Shown here piece by piece: positions 29,582 through 40,454 of a stretch of DNA of 64,000 nt. Positions within the stretch are counted from its first letter, which is position 1. The number at the start of each line of letters is the position of its first letter. The position numbers and the translations under genes were made by a program. The stretch is from positions 5,797,264-5,861,263 of the forward strand of contig OZ218952.1 of the NCBI GenBank assembly GCA_965112735.1, written 5' to 3'. Under the pieces are notes generated by a model, which was given only the letters and a program-made list of their open reading frames with translations, was not told where the DNA came from and ran no database searches. Source of the stretch: Phaeosaccion multiseriatum. Taxonomy: Eukaryota; Protista; Ochrophyta, other classes.

Positions 29582-31455
29582 ATGTCGATGCCCTCGTATG
29601 GTTCAACCTACCAGCAAGCGCGCGTGAGTCGGGAAGGCTTTGCGGAGCTGGGGGATGGCGAATCAGGACCGCGAGAGGGGCTGCTTCGGCGGCACGGGGA
29701 GGAGACAACGAAGGGCAATTGGTCACGGCAAGTTCGGAAAGCAGCAGCGTTGCTCGGAACTGGCGCTGTGCTTGGGGTGGTTTTCTTCTCTGCGATGGCC
29801 AGTAGTGACAGCAATGGCTCCGCGCGGATTCACTCACTCTCCGTACGCCTTCCCAAGCCACTGGGGCTCAACGCGGTGCTCGACGACCGCATTGAGGAGT
29901 ACAGTAGCCAGAAGGTGCGTGGCGGGCCCTGGCTCCACGCCTGGCGCCTGCTTGAGCTGATCGCTATGATCTTTTTGCTTGCTTTGGACTGCTTGACCTG
30001 CTCTGTAGGTGTTGTTCACTGGGCTCTCTGAAGAGGACCAGAAGGGGCTATTCGATCAGTTCAAGAAGGATCACCAGAAGGTGAGAGGGAAAGTGTTGTG
30101 CGCACAACAAGAGACGCCCAGCTTAGCAGCACACATCTCCTTTAGGTATACACTTCACCAGACGACGAAGCGGGGCGGCTCGAAACGTTCAAGGCGAACC
30201 TGGCGCTCATCGACAGCCTGAACGCCGCCAACCCCCTGGCGCTGTATGCCATCACAAAGTACACCGATTACACTGAAGACGAGAAGAAGAAGATGAGGGT
30301 AAGCCAGGGGAGAGAAGTTCTTGTCTTGGTTGAAAGATATCGTCATTTCATCCCATACCGAACCGTGCTTCTCGCCGCTGCAGGCCCAAGGGGAGTATGC
30401 TGACTACGAGACCATGAAGGCTCGGTTACCGGAAGGCCTGATAGAAGGGGCTCCCAAGGCCCAGTCTTCTAAAGGGTCGAAGGCATCGAAGGGCCGAACG
30501 GCAACACACGAACTGGGCGAAGTAGGGTGGGCCACGGAGGATGACTGTGCGGCTTGTGAGCAGTTCCCAGGCTTTAGGTTTTACAACGCAGAAAACATGC
30601 CGACAGATTTCGACTGGCGGGCGCTGGGTGCAGTAACGGAGGTTAAGAATCAAAAGTACTGTGGGAGCTGCTGGACCTTCTCCACGACGGGAGACGTTGA
30701 AGGCACGCACTTTCTCGCCACTGGAGATCTCACCTCGCTGTCGGAGCAGCAGCTGGTGGCATGTGACGCGAATGTAGGGTACTGTGAAGGGTACGTGGCC
30801 ACAGGGGCATTCATCCCTCATGTTCCTCAGCGCCGATGCCTCATTTATTCTCTTTTGATCCGTCTTCTCTCTTGTCAGGTGCAACGGCGGGTACCCCTAC
30901 GCAGCAATGGATTACGTTACGCAGTTCGGCGGACTGGTTTCTGATGATGCGTACCCGTACAAGGGCATCTGCGCTTGGGATGCCTGTGGGGGTGGGCTAG
31001 CGGGCACACCTACTTGCGACAAGGAGGTGCTCAATACCGAACTGGAGAGCAAGGCGATTGCGCACATTGGGGGCTGGCAAATGGTGGCACTGGGGGCTGA
31101 GTATGAGGATTCTATGGCGCTCGTGATGCTGAAGAATGGTCCGCTGTCCGTTGCCTTCAACGCTCATGGACAGGAATACTATGTTCATGGGGTTACAGGC
31201 TGCCCCTCCACCCAATACCCAGAGTACTGCCAGGCGGGATCCATCGATCAAGGCGTTACGTGCGACCCAACATACCTCGACCACGCCGTCCTTCTGGTAG
31301 GGTACGGGGTGCAGGACGGAGTCGACTATTGGCTTATCAAGAACAGCTGGGGCACTGAGTGGGGAGACGGGGGCTACTACCGACAAATTAGGGGCGAGAA
31401 CTTTTGCGGTGTTGCAAACATGGTTGTACACTCCGTGGTAAAGGACGTTAGATGA
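29582..31455 (+). CDS. Papain-family (C1A) cysteine protease with I29 propeptide and N-terminal membrane anchor
   Basis: FDWR, KNQKYCGSCW, LSEQQLVACD, CNGGYP, LDHAVLLVGYG, YWLIKNSWG; catalytic C/H/N intact. Confidence 0.93.
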
Positions 31456-31463
31456 TGACGGGT

Positions 31464-31499
<36 letters not shown>

Positions 31500-31912
31500 A
31501 TACCAGCTTGTGGATCATCGACAGTCGATCGATATCAGCTTGTAGGCCGACAGCTTCAGATTCCAGAAGCTTGTCGTTGGGCCGAGTGTATGTGATGTTC
31601 GCGAGTGCAGAAATAGCCTTAGCAACGTCCACTTCCGCCCGATGGAAAACGCCCGCACGCTTGCACGTGCCGGTCTCTCCTTAGTAGGCATCGAGATTCA
31701 GACTAGTACATTAACGTTACTTCACACTCCCGGTCTCACCAGACATGGAGAGAGGGAGCCCTACGACAAGATAGAGAACATGACTGCAACCAACCACCCA
31801 AGGGTGGGCCTGTTAACTATACATAGGACATCGGTCTCACAGCACACCCCAATGAGACACACAGTACCTTCTCGGGCGGGCAAAGGGTTCCCAATGCAAT
31901 GCCCATCCACAA

Positions 31913-33904
31913 CTATCGTCGCGCTGCCGCCTCTGGCCGGAAAGCAACAACGTCCTCAAACAATAATTCCTGTAGACATGCCTTTACCAGCGGCGTGGCC
32001 TCGACCTTGGCGAGCTGCAGCGGCTCGGGCTCGGTCAAAAGCCTTGGGCGACTATTAAAGCGATCGAGCCAGGGGTGCTGTATAGCGTCCTTGAGGCTCA
32101 GCCGCTTTGAGGGGTTGAAGGCGATCATCTTACCGAGCAGCTCCACGGCATTCTCGTGCACGTCCGGGAATTTCTCTCGGAGCTCCACCTTGGGCTTGTC
32201 TGTAATATCTAGCATGTATGCTCGCGCTTTCCGGTTTGTCACAAAGTCAAGGTCCGCCTCCTGGGGCTTGCCACATGTCCCCACGATAAGCCGAAGCATT
32301 TGGGCAGTGTTCGATCCCATGAAGAGCGGCACCTTCTGAAACATTTCTGCCAAAATGCAACCGGCCGACCACACGTCAATGGCAGGGCCGTACTCTGCTT
32401 CCAAAAACACCTCGGGTGCCCTCCACCATCGGGTCACGACATACTCCGTAAACTTGGCCGTCTCTCCCAACTCGTCAGGGCAATCAAAGCTGCGCGCCAA
32501 GCCAAAGTCGCACAGCTTCAATTGGCAATTCGTGTTGACAAGAATGTTGGCAGGCTTCAAGTCCCTGTGAATGACGCCGCACCGGTGGATGTACTCAATC
32601 CCGCAAAGCAGCTGGTAGAGGAAAAACTGAATATGCCCCTCCTTGAGAGCCTGTCCGCTGTAGATGATGTGGTGGAGGTCGGTGTCCATCCGCTCCATGA
32701 CAATATACACGTCCTGAAAATTCTCCACGGACGGCGGAGGCAGGATGTCTACAATCTTGATCACGTGATCATGATCAAACTGCCGCAGCAACCGCACCTC
32801 TCGCGTCATCCTCTTGGCCACCAGCACGTCGTCAAACGCGGACACTACCTTCTTCACCGCGACCTTGGAGTTTGTTTTCGTATTCAGCGCGCTGATCACC
32901 ACCCCATAGCCCCCACTCCCAATCGTCTTTCTCATTTCGTAAAAGTGGTCCAGCTCGAAGCAGAATTGTCCCTGCTTGGTCTCCGCCCACCACAGCTTTG
33001 TGCCCTCTCGTTGCGGCTTCTCGCTACTCCGCTCCTTTTCATCCTTGATCATCCTCTGTGTTTCGTCGAAAAGGGCAGAGCAGGGGGTGTTGGTTGGTGC
33101 TCATGCCCGCAAGTCTTGTGAGAAGACAAAGCACTTGAGTGACAACACGGGCCTCTTCTCTACAGTTTCTTGTGGAAGCTTGGAAGTACCACTTAAGGTT
33201 CCAGTCCATACTCGTCGCAGCCTTCCACGCAAGACAAAGCTCACTTTCAGGTCAAGAAGGAGGCCCAACCAAAACACACACTGCATGCCACAAGGTACTA
33301 AATCGACGTACCTTCAGAGTGGAGAACCACTCATCACCGGCTTTGTTGTCATCAGCTCGCAAGCGCAAGTCCTTTTCACCAATCTGGAGGGTGAATCCAT
33401 CGGAAAGGGTCGCCCCCTTCGAAATGGAGCAGTCCCCATTGATCTGCAAAACCTGCTTCCAAGACAACCCAGAGAGAGAGGGAGAGAGCGAGCGTGGGTG
33501 GGGGTGAAGGGGCACATCGAAAAGAAAGAGCGAGTAGGGTCAGCGGGTGTGGGAGGTGTGGTGAAGAAGAAACGCAGTCCCATCGAGTAAGCATCGGCGA
33601 AACAGAACAGGGGGCAAGGCAGACGAGCAAAAGCAGGGGAGCAAGTCCCTCGCAAGGCGCCATTGGAGCATCAGACCTTCCAGCATCAGACCATCGGAGC
33701 ATCAGAACATTGCACACGGCCGGTGGGCATGCATGACTTACGCGTTTGGGGTCGTTATCACCCTTCTTGAGGAAATATGACAAAGTGCAACCCTTGAGCA
33801 CAAAGAACCGCGACCTCCACAGCCCGAACCCGCCTCTCTTTTCCAGGAGGCCGTATATGAAGACCTGGACGGGAGAAAGAGAGGGAGAGAGAGAGAGCAA
33901 GGGA

Positions 33905-33942
<38 letters not shown>

Positions 33943-34056
33943 GGGGGGGCACGGGCCAGCTTCAGAGAGAGGGGGGGGGGGGTAGATAGAGAGGGAGATG
34001 GAGAGGGAGGGGGCAGCTTCCCCTCCACCACTATTCCACCACCCACACCGTACCAT
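31913..34056 (-). CDS. MAP kinase (TEY) with an N-terminal PH domain
   Basis: ATG followed directly by an intron; PH exons VFIYGLLEKRGGFGLWRSRFFVL and LRLRADDNKAGDEWFSTLK; kinase GSGGYG, VAVKK, HRDLKPAN, DFGLAR...FTEYVVTRWWRAPE. Confidence 0.9.
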
Positions 34057-34496
34057 GGGAGAAGCTCGCGCGACTCAAAGGAGACCCGACCGATCACTGC
34101 TGCCGCCGCCGCTGCTGCTGCTGCTGCTGCTGTCCAGGCGGCACAGCCTGCAGCGCCGTGTCTGCCTCCAGGGTGGGCTTGCAGAGCGTCGCACCAGGGC
34201 CTGCTCGATGCTTAACGCCCTGTGCCGGGCGGAGATGTCACAGCGAGATAGGTAGTGCGAAGGGGGGGTAGGGCGGTATGGAGAGGACCCAACCCCGCAA
34301 CGGCAACGGCAAAGATATGCAGCTTACCTCACTACCCGTTAGTTGGCATCTGGCCTTGCCATCTCGACTTGCATGCTCTGCATCTGGCCATGTAGGGGAG
34401 GGTAAGGGGGGGTGAGGTTGGGCCGGTTTGGGTTTGAGTTTGAGTTTGACTTCAATATATTGTATCGTCCCGAAAGTCGATATCGACATTTTTTTT

Positions 34497-34947
34497 TTTT
34501 GCACGTACTTCGGAAAATGACGCTGGGAGAAGGAGAAGCGCTATAGCTCTTCGTGTAGCTCTTTGAGATCCCCACCGATCCATGGTCTCTCGGCTTTTGC
34601 TAGCATTTCCGCAGCAGCACCCCCTTCCCAGGGGGGGGGGGGATGTGCACGTCACGGAAATCGCACCAGGCTTGCCAAGGGTCCTGCTGCTGCTCCACTG
34701 TGGCTAGCCGCCGTAGCGCTGCGCCTGTTCTCTTGCAGAAGGGCGGGCAAGCTGCCCATGAGCGATTTCCATGGCGTGCACATCCCCCTTCTCCCCCCGG
34801 GGGGGGGTGCGGGTGCAGAAATGCTGACAACTACGGAAGGGAAGAGGCGATGAAAGCCGAAAGACCATGGATCGGTGGGGATCTCAAAGAGCTACACGAA
34901 CAGCTATAGCGCTTCTCCCAGCGTCATTTTCCGGAGTATGTGCAAAA
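34497..34947. repeat. Long imperfect inverted repeat / foldback (arms about 180-200 bp, loop about 70 bp)
   Basis: 34497-34676 is the reverse complement of 34746-34947, e.g. GTGTAGCTCTTTGAGATCCCCACCGATCCATGGTCT versus AGACCATGGATCGGTGGGGATCTCAAAGAGCTACAC. Confidence 0.9.
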
Positions 34948-34995
34948 CACATTTTGGTCGGTTTTTAGGCAAATCGAGTGTTAAAAAGTAAAAGA

Positions 34996-37178
34996 CTAGC
35001 CCAGTTTCCTGCTTCGCACCACACCAACTCGAATCCCTGTTGCTTCTCCACCATAGTCCGCGGCCTCTCCCACACGCATATCCCGGACTTGGCCCTTCCT
35101 CCGGATGACAGCCTTGCGGAAAGCCTCGCGCTTCTTGACTCTCGGATTCCGATTGAGCTGAGAAAGAACACGAGTACAGCAGGGGGAGGTGAGTCGTGGA
35201 CGGGAGGGACAAGACGAGAGAGAAAACGCCCGGGGCTGCAAAGGACGAACGAACCTTGTTCTTGTGAGGAGTGAGGCCTCGGTTCTTCATAATCTCTTGG
35301 GATATGCCGCGCTTGGTGCTGGCGTCCCCCTCCTTCTTCCCGCTTGTAAGCTTGCGCTCCAGCTCCTCCGCCGCTTGTGCCTCCAGCGCACCAGCGATTC
35401 TTGTAGTGGCTTGGTACTTACTCTTTCGGACCTTCTTCTCCTTCGTTTTGGCCGTCGCCACACTACGGTAAAAGTCTGCCAGCCCCGAGTCTGTGAAGCC
35501 ATCTTCTCTTTTGTTGTCGCCGGGCTCAGACCGCTTGAGTCCCGACATCAGTAAATCGTCCAAATCCAAGTCCTCCTCGCTGTCATTCTCCTTCTCGAAG
35601 GTGGCACTCGATCTGCTGGCAGCGGGGCGCCTCTTCGCCGGAAGGCGAGCATCGTCTCCCCCGTCTCCAAACTCCACTCCGACAGGGGCAAGCCTGCGCT
35701 TCCTCCCTCGCGTTGCACCCTCATCCCCGACGCCACTGCCACCACCCAAGAAGCGTGACTCCTCTTCTAAAAGTTCTTCGTCGTCATACGCGCTGCTCGC
35801 ATCTCCATCACTGTGCTCCCCACCTTTGGCAGCGGAGGAGGGTTCGAACTCTCCCTCGTCTTCTTCGCTGGAAGCAGATCCTGGGTCTTCTGCTGAAGCG
35901 GCGCCTCCCTCAGCGGCTAAATTGACTCCCTCTGACAGCGCATTGACCAGGAGTCTTACTTGGCCGGAAACGTCGGCATCGACCGTCCCCAGCTCGTGTG
36001 CCAAACTTTGAAGCCGCAATAGTTGACTGACCACAGGGTGCCCGCGAATAAATTCGCCTTTGCTCTTGAGAAGAAGATAAAAGCAGGCGGTGGAGGCAGA
36101 CGCAAGCAGTAGCTGCCTCCGGACGTGAAGGTATCGCAAACCATCGACGCTTCCCCCAAGGCTCTCGGTAACATCGTTCGCAAGGGGGTCGACCTGAGCG
36201 TTGCATACACACACACACACACACACACACGAGATTTCCCACAGGGGAAGAATATGCCATGAAGGAAGGAACGGGGGCGGGGGGACGAAGGGGTACTGCC
36301 CCAACGAAATATGGCAAGGAAAGCCCAAGCCCCTGCGTACCTCAGTTGTGAGAGTCTCGAGATGATCACGCAGGCCGCTGAGCAGTTCCGGGAGTTCAGG
36401 AGATTCGGAAAGAAGCAGTTGCAGCCTCTGTTGCTTGGACAGCTTAGATGCGTCTTTCTTGAGCAGAGTTGTATGCTGCTCCTCGCTTACAAGCCCAGCT
36501 CCCCCAAACGCATCCCCCAACATGGCGGAGTTGGACTGCCCTGATTTCCTGCGTTCGTTCCTCCTCCCCCTCCCCTTCCCCCCCTCCGCCATCCTCAGCT
36601 TCTCGCCGATAGCACTAGCTTCGGCAATAGGTTCCTCGTCTTCGCTTGACGCCGTCTCCGCCTGCAAAAAAAAGCAAGGGCAGTGAGTACATCATTGACA
36701 CCCCCCCCCTCTCTCTGCAAGTACCTACCTCATCGCTGAGCTCGTAGTCCTGCTCTAGCAGCCCTTCGCTCGCAACCTTTTGCAGTCTACGCGCCTCCCT
36801 CTCCTCCTCCTCCGCCTCCTCGAACTCTTGTCCAATCTCAAGATCTGCCGTGTCGCCGTCATAGTACGCCTTTTTGCTCTTCCCCCAGCCGCGCGTCGCA
36901 TCTTTCTCCTCGTCACTCCCATCGTCTTCTTCTTCGTCGCTTGCCTCCACCGCCCCCTTCCTGCGCTTGTTCACGGCCAGACGCAAATGCATCGGCAGGT
37001 CCGATTCATCACCGCTGCTGCTACTGTCACTCTCCTCTTCCCCATCCTCGACCCCGCTCAGCACACCCTCTTCCTCACTGCTGTCACTGCCGCTGCTGCT
37101 GCTGCTGCCCCCCCCCTCCCTCTCCTCCTCATTTGACTCCGCGTCAGCCCCCCCGTTCGCCCTCCTCCGTGCCATCAT
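34996..37178 (-). CDS. UTP3: Sas10/Utp3 SSU processome component, multi-exon
   Basis: Acidic N-terminus with WGKSKKAYY; SPEL motif; HPVVSQLL; C-terminal KNRGLTPH...RNPRVKKR...YGGEATGI. Confidence 0.92.
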
Positions 37179-37399
37179 GATCTATCGAAGTGTTTTTTTA
37201 TCGTGTGGTCGCCATTCTTCCTAGTGTGTTGGTGCTCCATTCTCAATTGGCAACGCTGCTGGCTCTTCTTTCCCTGCGTCGGCTTTGTGGGATGGAGGGT
37301 CCACCCCCGTCCAAGATCTTCGTTTCCTCTGTCCCCCAGACACGCTGCATTATTACTATTAATATTGCAGCGTGTCTGGCGGACCCTCCATCCCACAGA

Positions 37400-38530
37400 G
37401 CCGACATGGGGAAAGGCGAGGGGCCCAGAAGCGCTTGACCAAGCTCCTCACGTCGAAGGCGAGGACAGACTTTCTGGAACGCCTGAAAGCGATCCCAGCG
37501 CAGGAAGAACGGGAGAAGGGCCTGGCCAGGGCCCTCAGCCAAAGCGTGAAGGGGGCTGGTGCGTGGCTCCTTCTTCGGCCGACCAAGAAGGCAGGGGAAG
37601 GGAGGGGGAATAAAGGTGCCATTCGGAGACGACTCGGTATCGACCCCACCTACAGCAAGGATTGCCATAAGTGCCCCGGCAAGGCGCTGACGGAGGGGCA
37701 TATCGTCACCTGGCTGTACGAAGACGGGGCTCGGCACACCCCAACATGACGCTGTGCAGAAGGCACTCGTCGCCTTGATGAAGAGTGAGGGCCTGGGCAG
37801 AGGGATAGTGCAGAACACCGGCTTCCCCTTCTTCATGAGGGAAAGAACAGTCACCGCGAGATGGGGGAGAGGGGAGAGCAACGACGTGAGGGGTGACGCC
37901 CACGTGGCCAAACAAATGGAGATGGACATTGTGACTCCCCCCAGGATGTTTGAGCTTCCATCCGACCACGAATATTGGGATGGCCACAAGTCTTTGCTGA
38001 TTGACATCACGCTCACTGATGCCACCAACATCACCAATAGGGCCAAGGCATCGAAAGAGGCACTCGCGGCAGCCAAGAAGGCTGGAGCAACCAAGCGCAC
38101 CAAGTATGGGGTGCCACGGGAAGGCATGGAAGGCCAGGGTGGAGACATCCATTATGACCCCACGAGGTACCATTTCGTTCCTTTTGGGGTGGAACAGCGA
38201 GGCGCATTTGGTCCGTCTGCTCAGATATTTATGAAAACACTCGCCACCCACATGGCTAGAACTCTCTTATGCGAGAGCTGTTTGCGTCATTCATCCAGCG
38301 GGCCCGGCACGAGTGATCGATTCGACACAGGGTCCTGGCTGGTATCAACTTTGTTCCGATGGGGAGGACTGACGAGTCGGAGGGATACAGGGATACGACC
38401 TCGGGGGCTAAGTTCCCCGGGGCGCGCCCCCCCTTTGGGTGTAATATTACTAATTCCTCCGATTCCTCCTCCCTCATTTCTCCTTTCTTTCCTCCTCCTT
38501 TCTTTTTCTTTCTTCTTCTCTATTGAGCCC
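37400..38530 (+). mobile_element. 5'-truncated, frameshifted non-LTR retrotransposon with a restriction-like endonuclease (CRE-like clade)
   Basis: GAGAWLL..RRRLGI..CHKC..GH..GC..HDAV (CCHC, frameshift near 37710), then D..LLIDIT..KRTKY..FVPFGVEQRGAFG. No RT in the window. Confidence 0.75.
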
Positions 38531-38779
38531 TAACTGGTTGCCTCCACACAGAGTGCCTCGGCAAGGGGGGAATTGTGGTGGAGCCGGGAAGGGCTTATTT
38601 TACGTAATTACTATGTAGGCAGTTGAACAGAAGTCAAGCAATGGGCGGGTGACGGATCTGAGGGGCTGACTAGCCCCCTTCCTCACTCCTGAACCCTTGT
38701 AGACCGAGTGGAAAGCTTCATTCCCTGTGCTCAAGAAAGCACACGTGTGAGTGAGTGTGGGAGGTCGTCCAAGCGCGCC

Positions 38780-39620
38780 CTCCGTCCCTCCCTCCCTCCC
38801 TCTCCGCCTCCCGCCCTCCCTCCTCCCTCCCTCCCTCCCTCCCCCCCTCTCCGCCTCCCGCCCTCCCTCCTCCCTCCCTCCCTCCCTCCCTCTCCGCCTC
38901 CCTTCCTCCCTCCACCCTCCCGCCCTCCCTCCCTCTCCGCCTTTCTCCCTTCTTCCCTCCATCCCTCCATCCCTCCTCCCTCTGTGGGGCCGGTACCTCC
39001 CTCTATTTAAGAGGAGGAAGGCACCCCCAAGCTGAGCGCTGCGTTCCGGTCCCAATAGAGGAGAGAGAAGAGTCCAATGCTGGCACCAAGTGTATTGATA
39101 ATAAGGGCTATCCCACCCTAAGACCCTGGACAGCCTCCTTGTTTAAGGAGAGCTATCCACTTGGTCGTACCGGGTTCAGGAGTGCGGAGGGGCCAACCAG
39201 GCCCCAAAAAGGCCGCGTCCCACATCATTGACTTACTGTCCTGCCTACCTAATAATACGTTATTGAGCCTGTCCCACCTCCACCACACCTCCCCCCCTCC
39301 TTCCCTCCTTCCATCCCTCCCTCCATCCCTCCTCCCATCCCTCCTCCCTCCCCTCCTCCTTCCCTCCCTCCCTCCCTTCCATCCCTCCTTCCATCCCTTC
39401 CTCCCTCCCTCCCTCCCTCCCTCCCTCCCTCCCTCCCTCCCTCCCTCCCTCCCTCCCTCCCTCCCTCCCTCCCTCCCTCCCTCCCTCCCTCCCTCCCTCC
39501 CTCCCTCCCTCCCTCCCTCCCTCCCTCCCTCCCTCCCTCCCTCCCTCCCTCCCTCCCTCCCTCCCTCCCTCCCTCCCTCCCTCCCTCCCTCCCTCCCTCC
39601 CTCCCTCCCTCCCTCCCTCC
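38780..39620 (+). repeat. (CCCT)n microsatellite tracts, including about 220 bp of perfect repeat
   Basis: Direct inspection of 38780-38980 and 39290-39620. Confidence 0.95.
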
Positions 39621-39676
39621 GCGTGAGTGTGGGGTAAGGGGGTGAGAGAGAGACGGGAGAGTCCGACGAGCTCATG

Positions 39677-39928
39677 TGTAAAACGACGTACGCACGACCG
39701 ACATGCGCTGTCGCCTACAGATAGGATAGAACTAGACACACGGACAAGGTAACAGCAACCCCAAAGCCAGCCTAGCAGCCAGCCTTGCCTCTATTAACTT
39801 ATTGCATGCTAGTCCTAAACGACCACCTTCGCACATGGGATAGTGAGAGCCACGCCACCCGTTCTCACCGCATCTGCCTGGGCCTGGGCCATTGACTTAT
39901 GGCTCATCTCATCTGAGGCCTTCCAACA
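39677..39928 (-). mobile_element. Solo LTR, family A (252 bp, TG...CA, CATG target-site duplication)
   Basis: TGTAAAAC...TTCCAACA flanked by CATG on both sides; near-identical inverted copy at 57841-58092; orientation inferred from the related element at 48506. Confidence 0.88.
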
Positions 39929-40120
39929 CATGGTCGCTGGAGGCCCGAGAGAGGGAGATGTGAGAGGCACATGGGGCATGGGTGGAGAGATGGAGGGGGA
40001 GGAGCCGGCCCATCACTCGGCTGGCCACCACGGCTCAATCAGGTTCGAAATGGGTAGATGTTTTAACCAATGTACCGATCTTGGCAAGGTTCGTACCAAA
40101 TGTCGTACCACTGGGGTAGC

Positions 40121-40196
40121 TATAGAAGGGCAACACTACCCCACTAAACCAGTATTGCGCAATACCGGTTTAGTGGGGTAGTGTTGCCCTTCTATA
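40121..40196. repeat. 76-bp loopless palindrome with one mismatch
   Basis: TATAGAAGGGCAACACTACCCCACTAAACCaGTATTGC|GCAATACcGGTTTAGTGGGGTAGTGTTGCCCTTCTATA. Confidence 0.95.
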
Positions 40197-40454
40197 CTTT
40201 GGCATCAAAGAACCCTTCTATCTGACCTGTGATTGACGGGTACCATTCTTTATGGGGGATGCCGGTCCAGAGATGGACGTCATTTTTGATGCCAAAGTAT
40301 GGCTTAATATATATATACTCAATGCATATCGTTTGGTTTGGACACGACCCAATCATTACTACCCCCCGGGCACCACTCCTACCAATGATCTAGTCATTGG
40401 TCATCACCAACACGATGGAAATCCAGCGGTGCAGGCATTGGCCATCAGCCGTAC

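Noticed and set aside
31495-31690. Coding-looking minus-strand segment (DVAKAISALANITY...)
   Set aside because: No start, no recognisable domain and no supported splice link to the MAPK, which already has a stop at 31913.
38600-39280. Possible exons between the (CCCT)n tracts
   Set aside because: Splice-like sites exist but there is no recognisable peptide or consistent phase with neighbouring exons.
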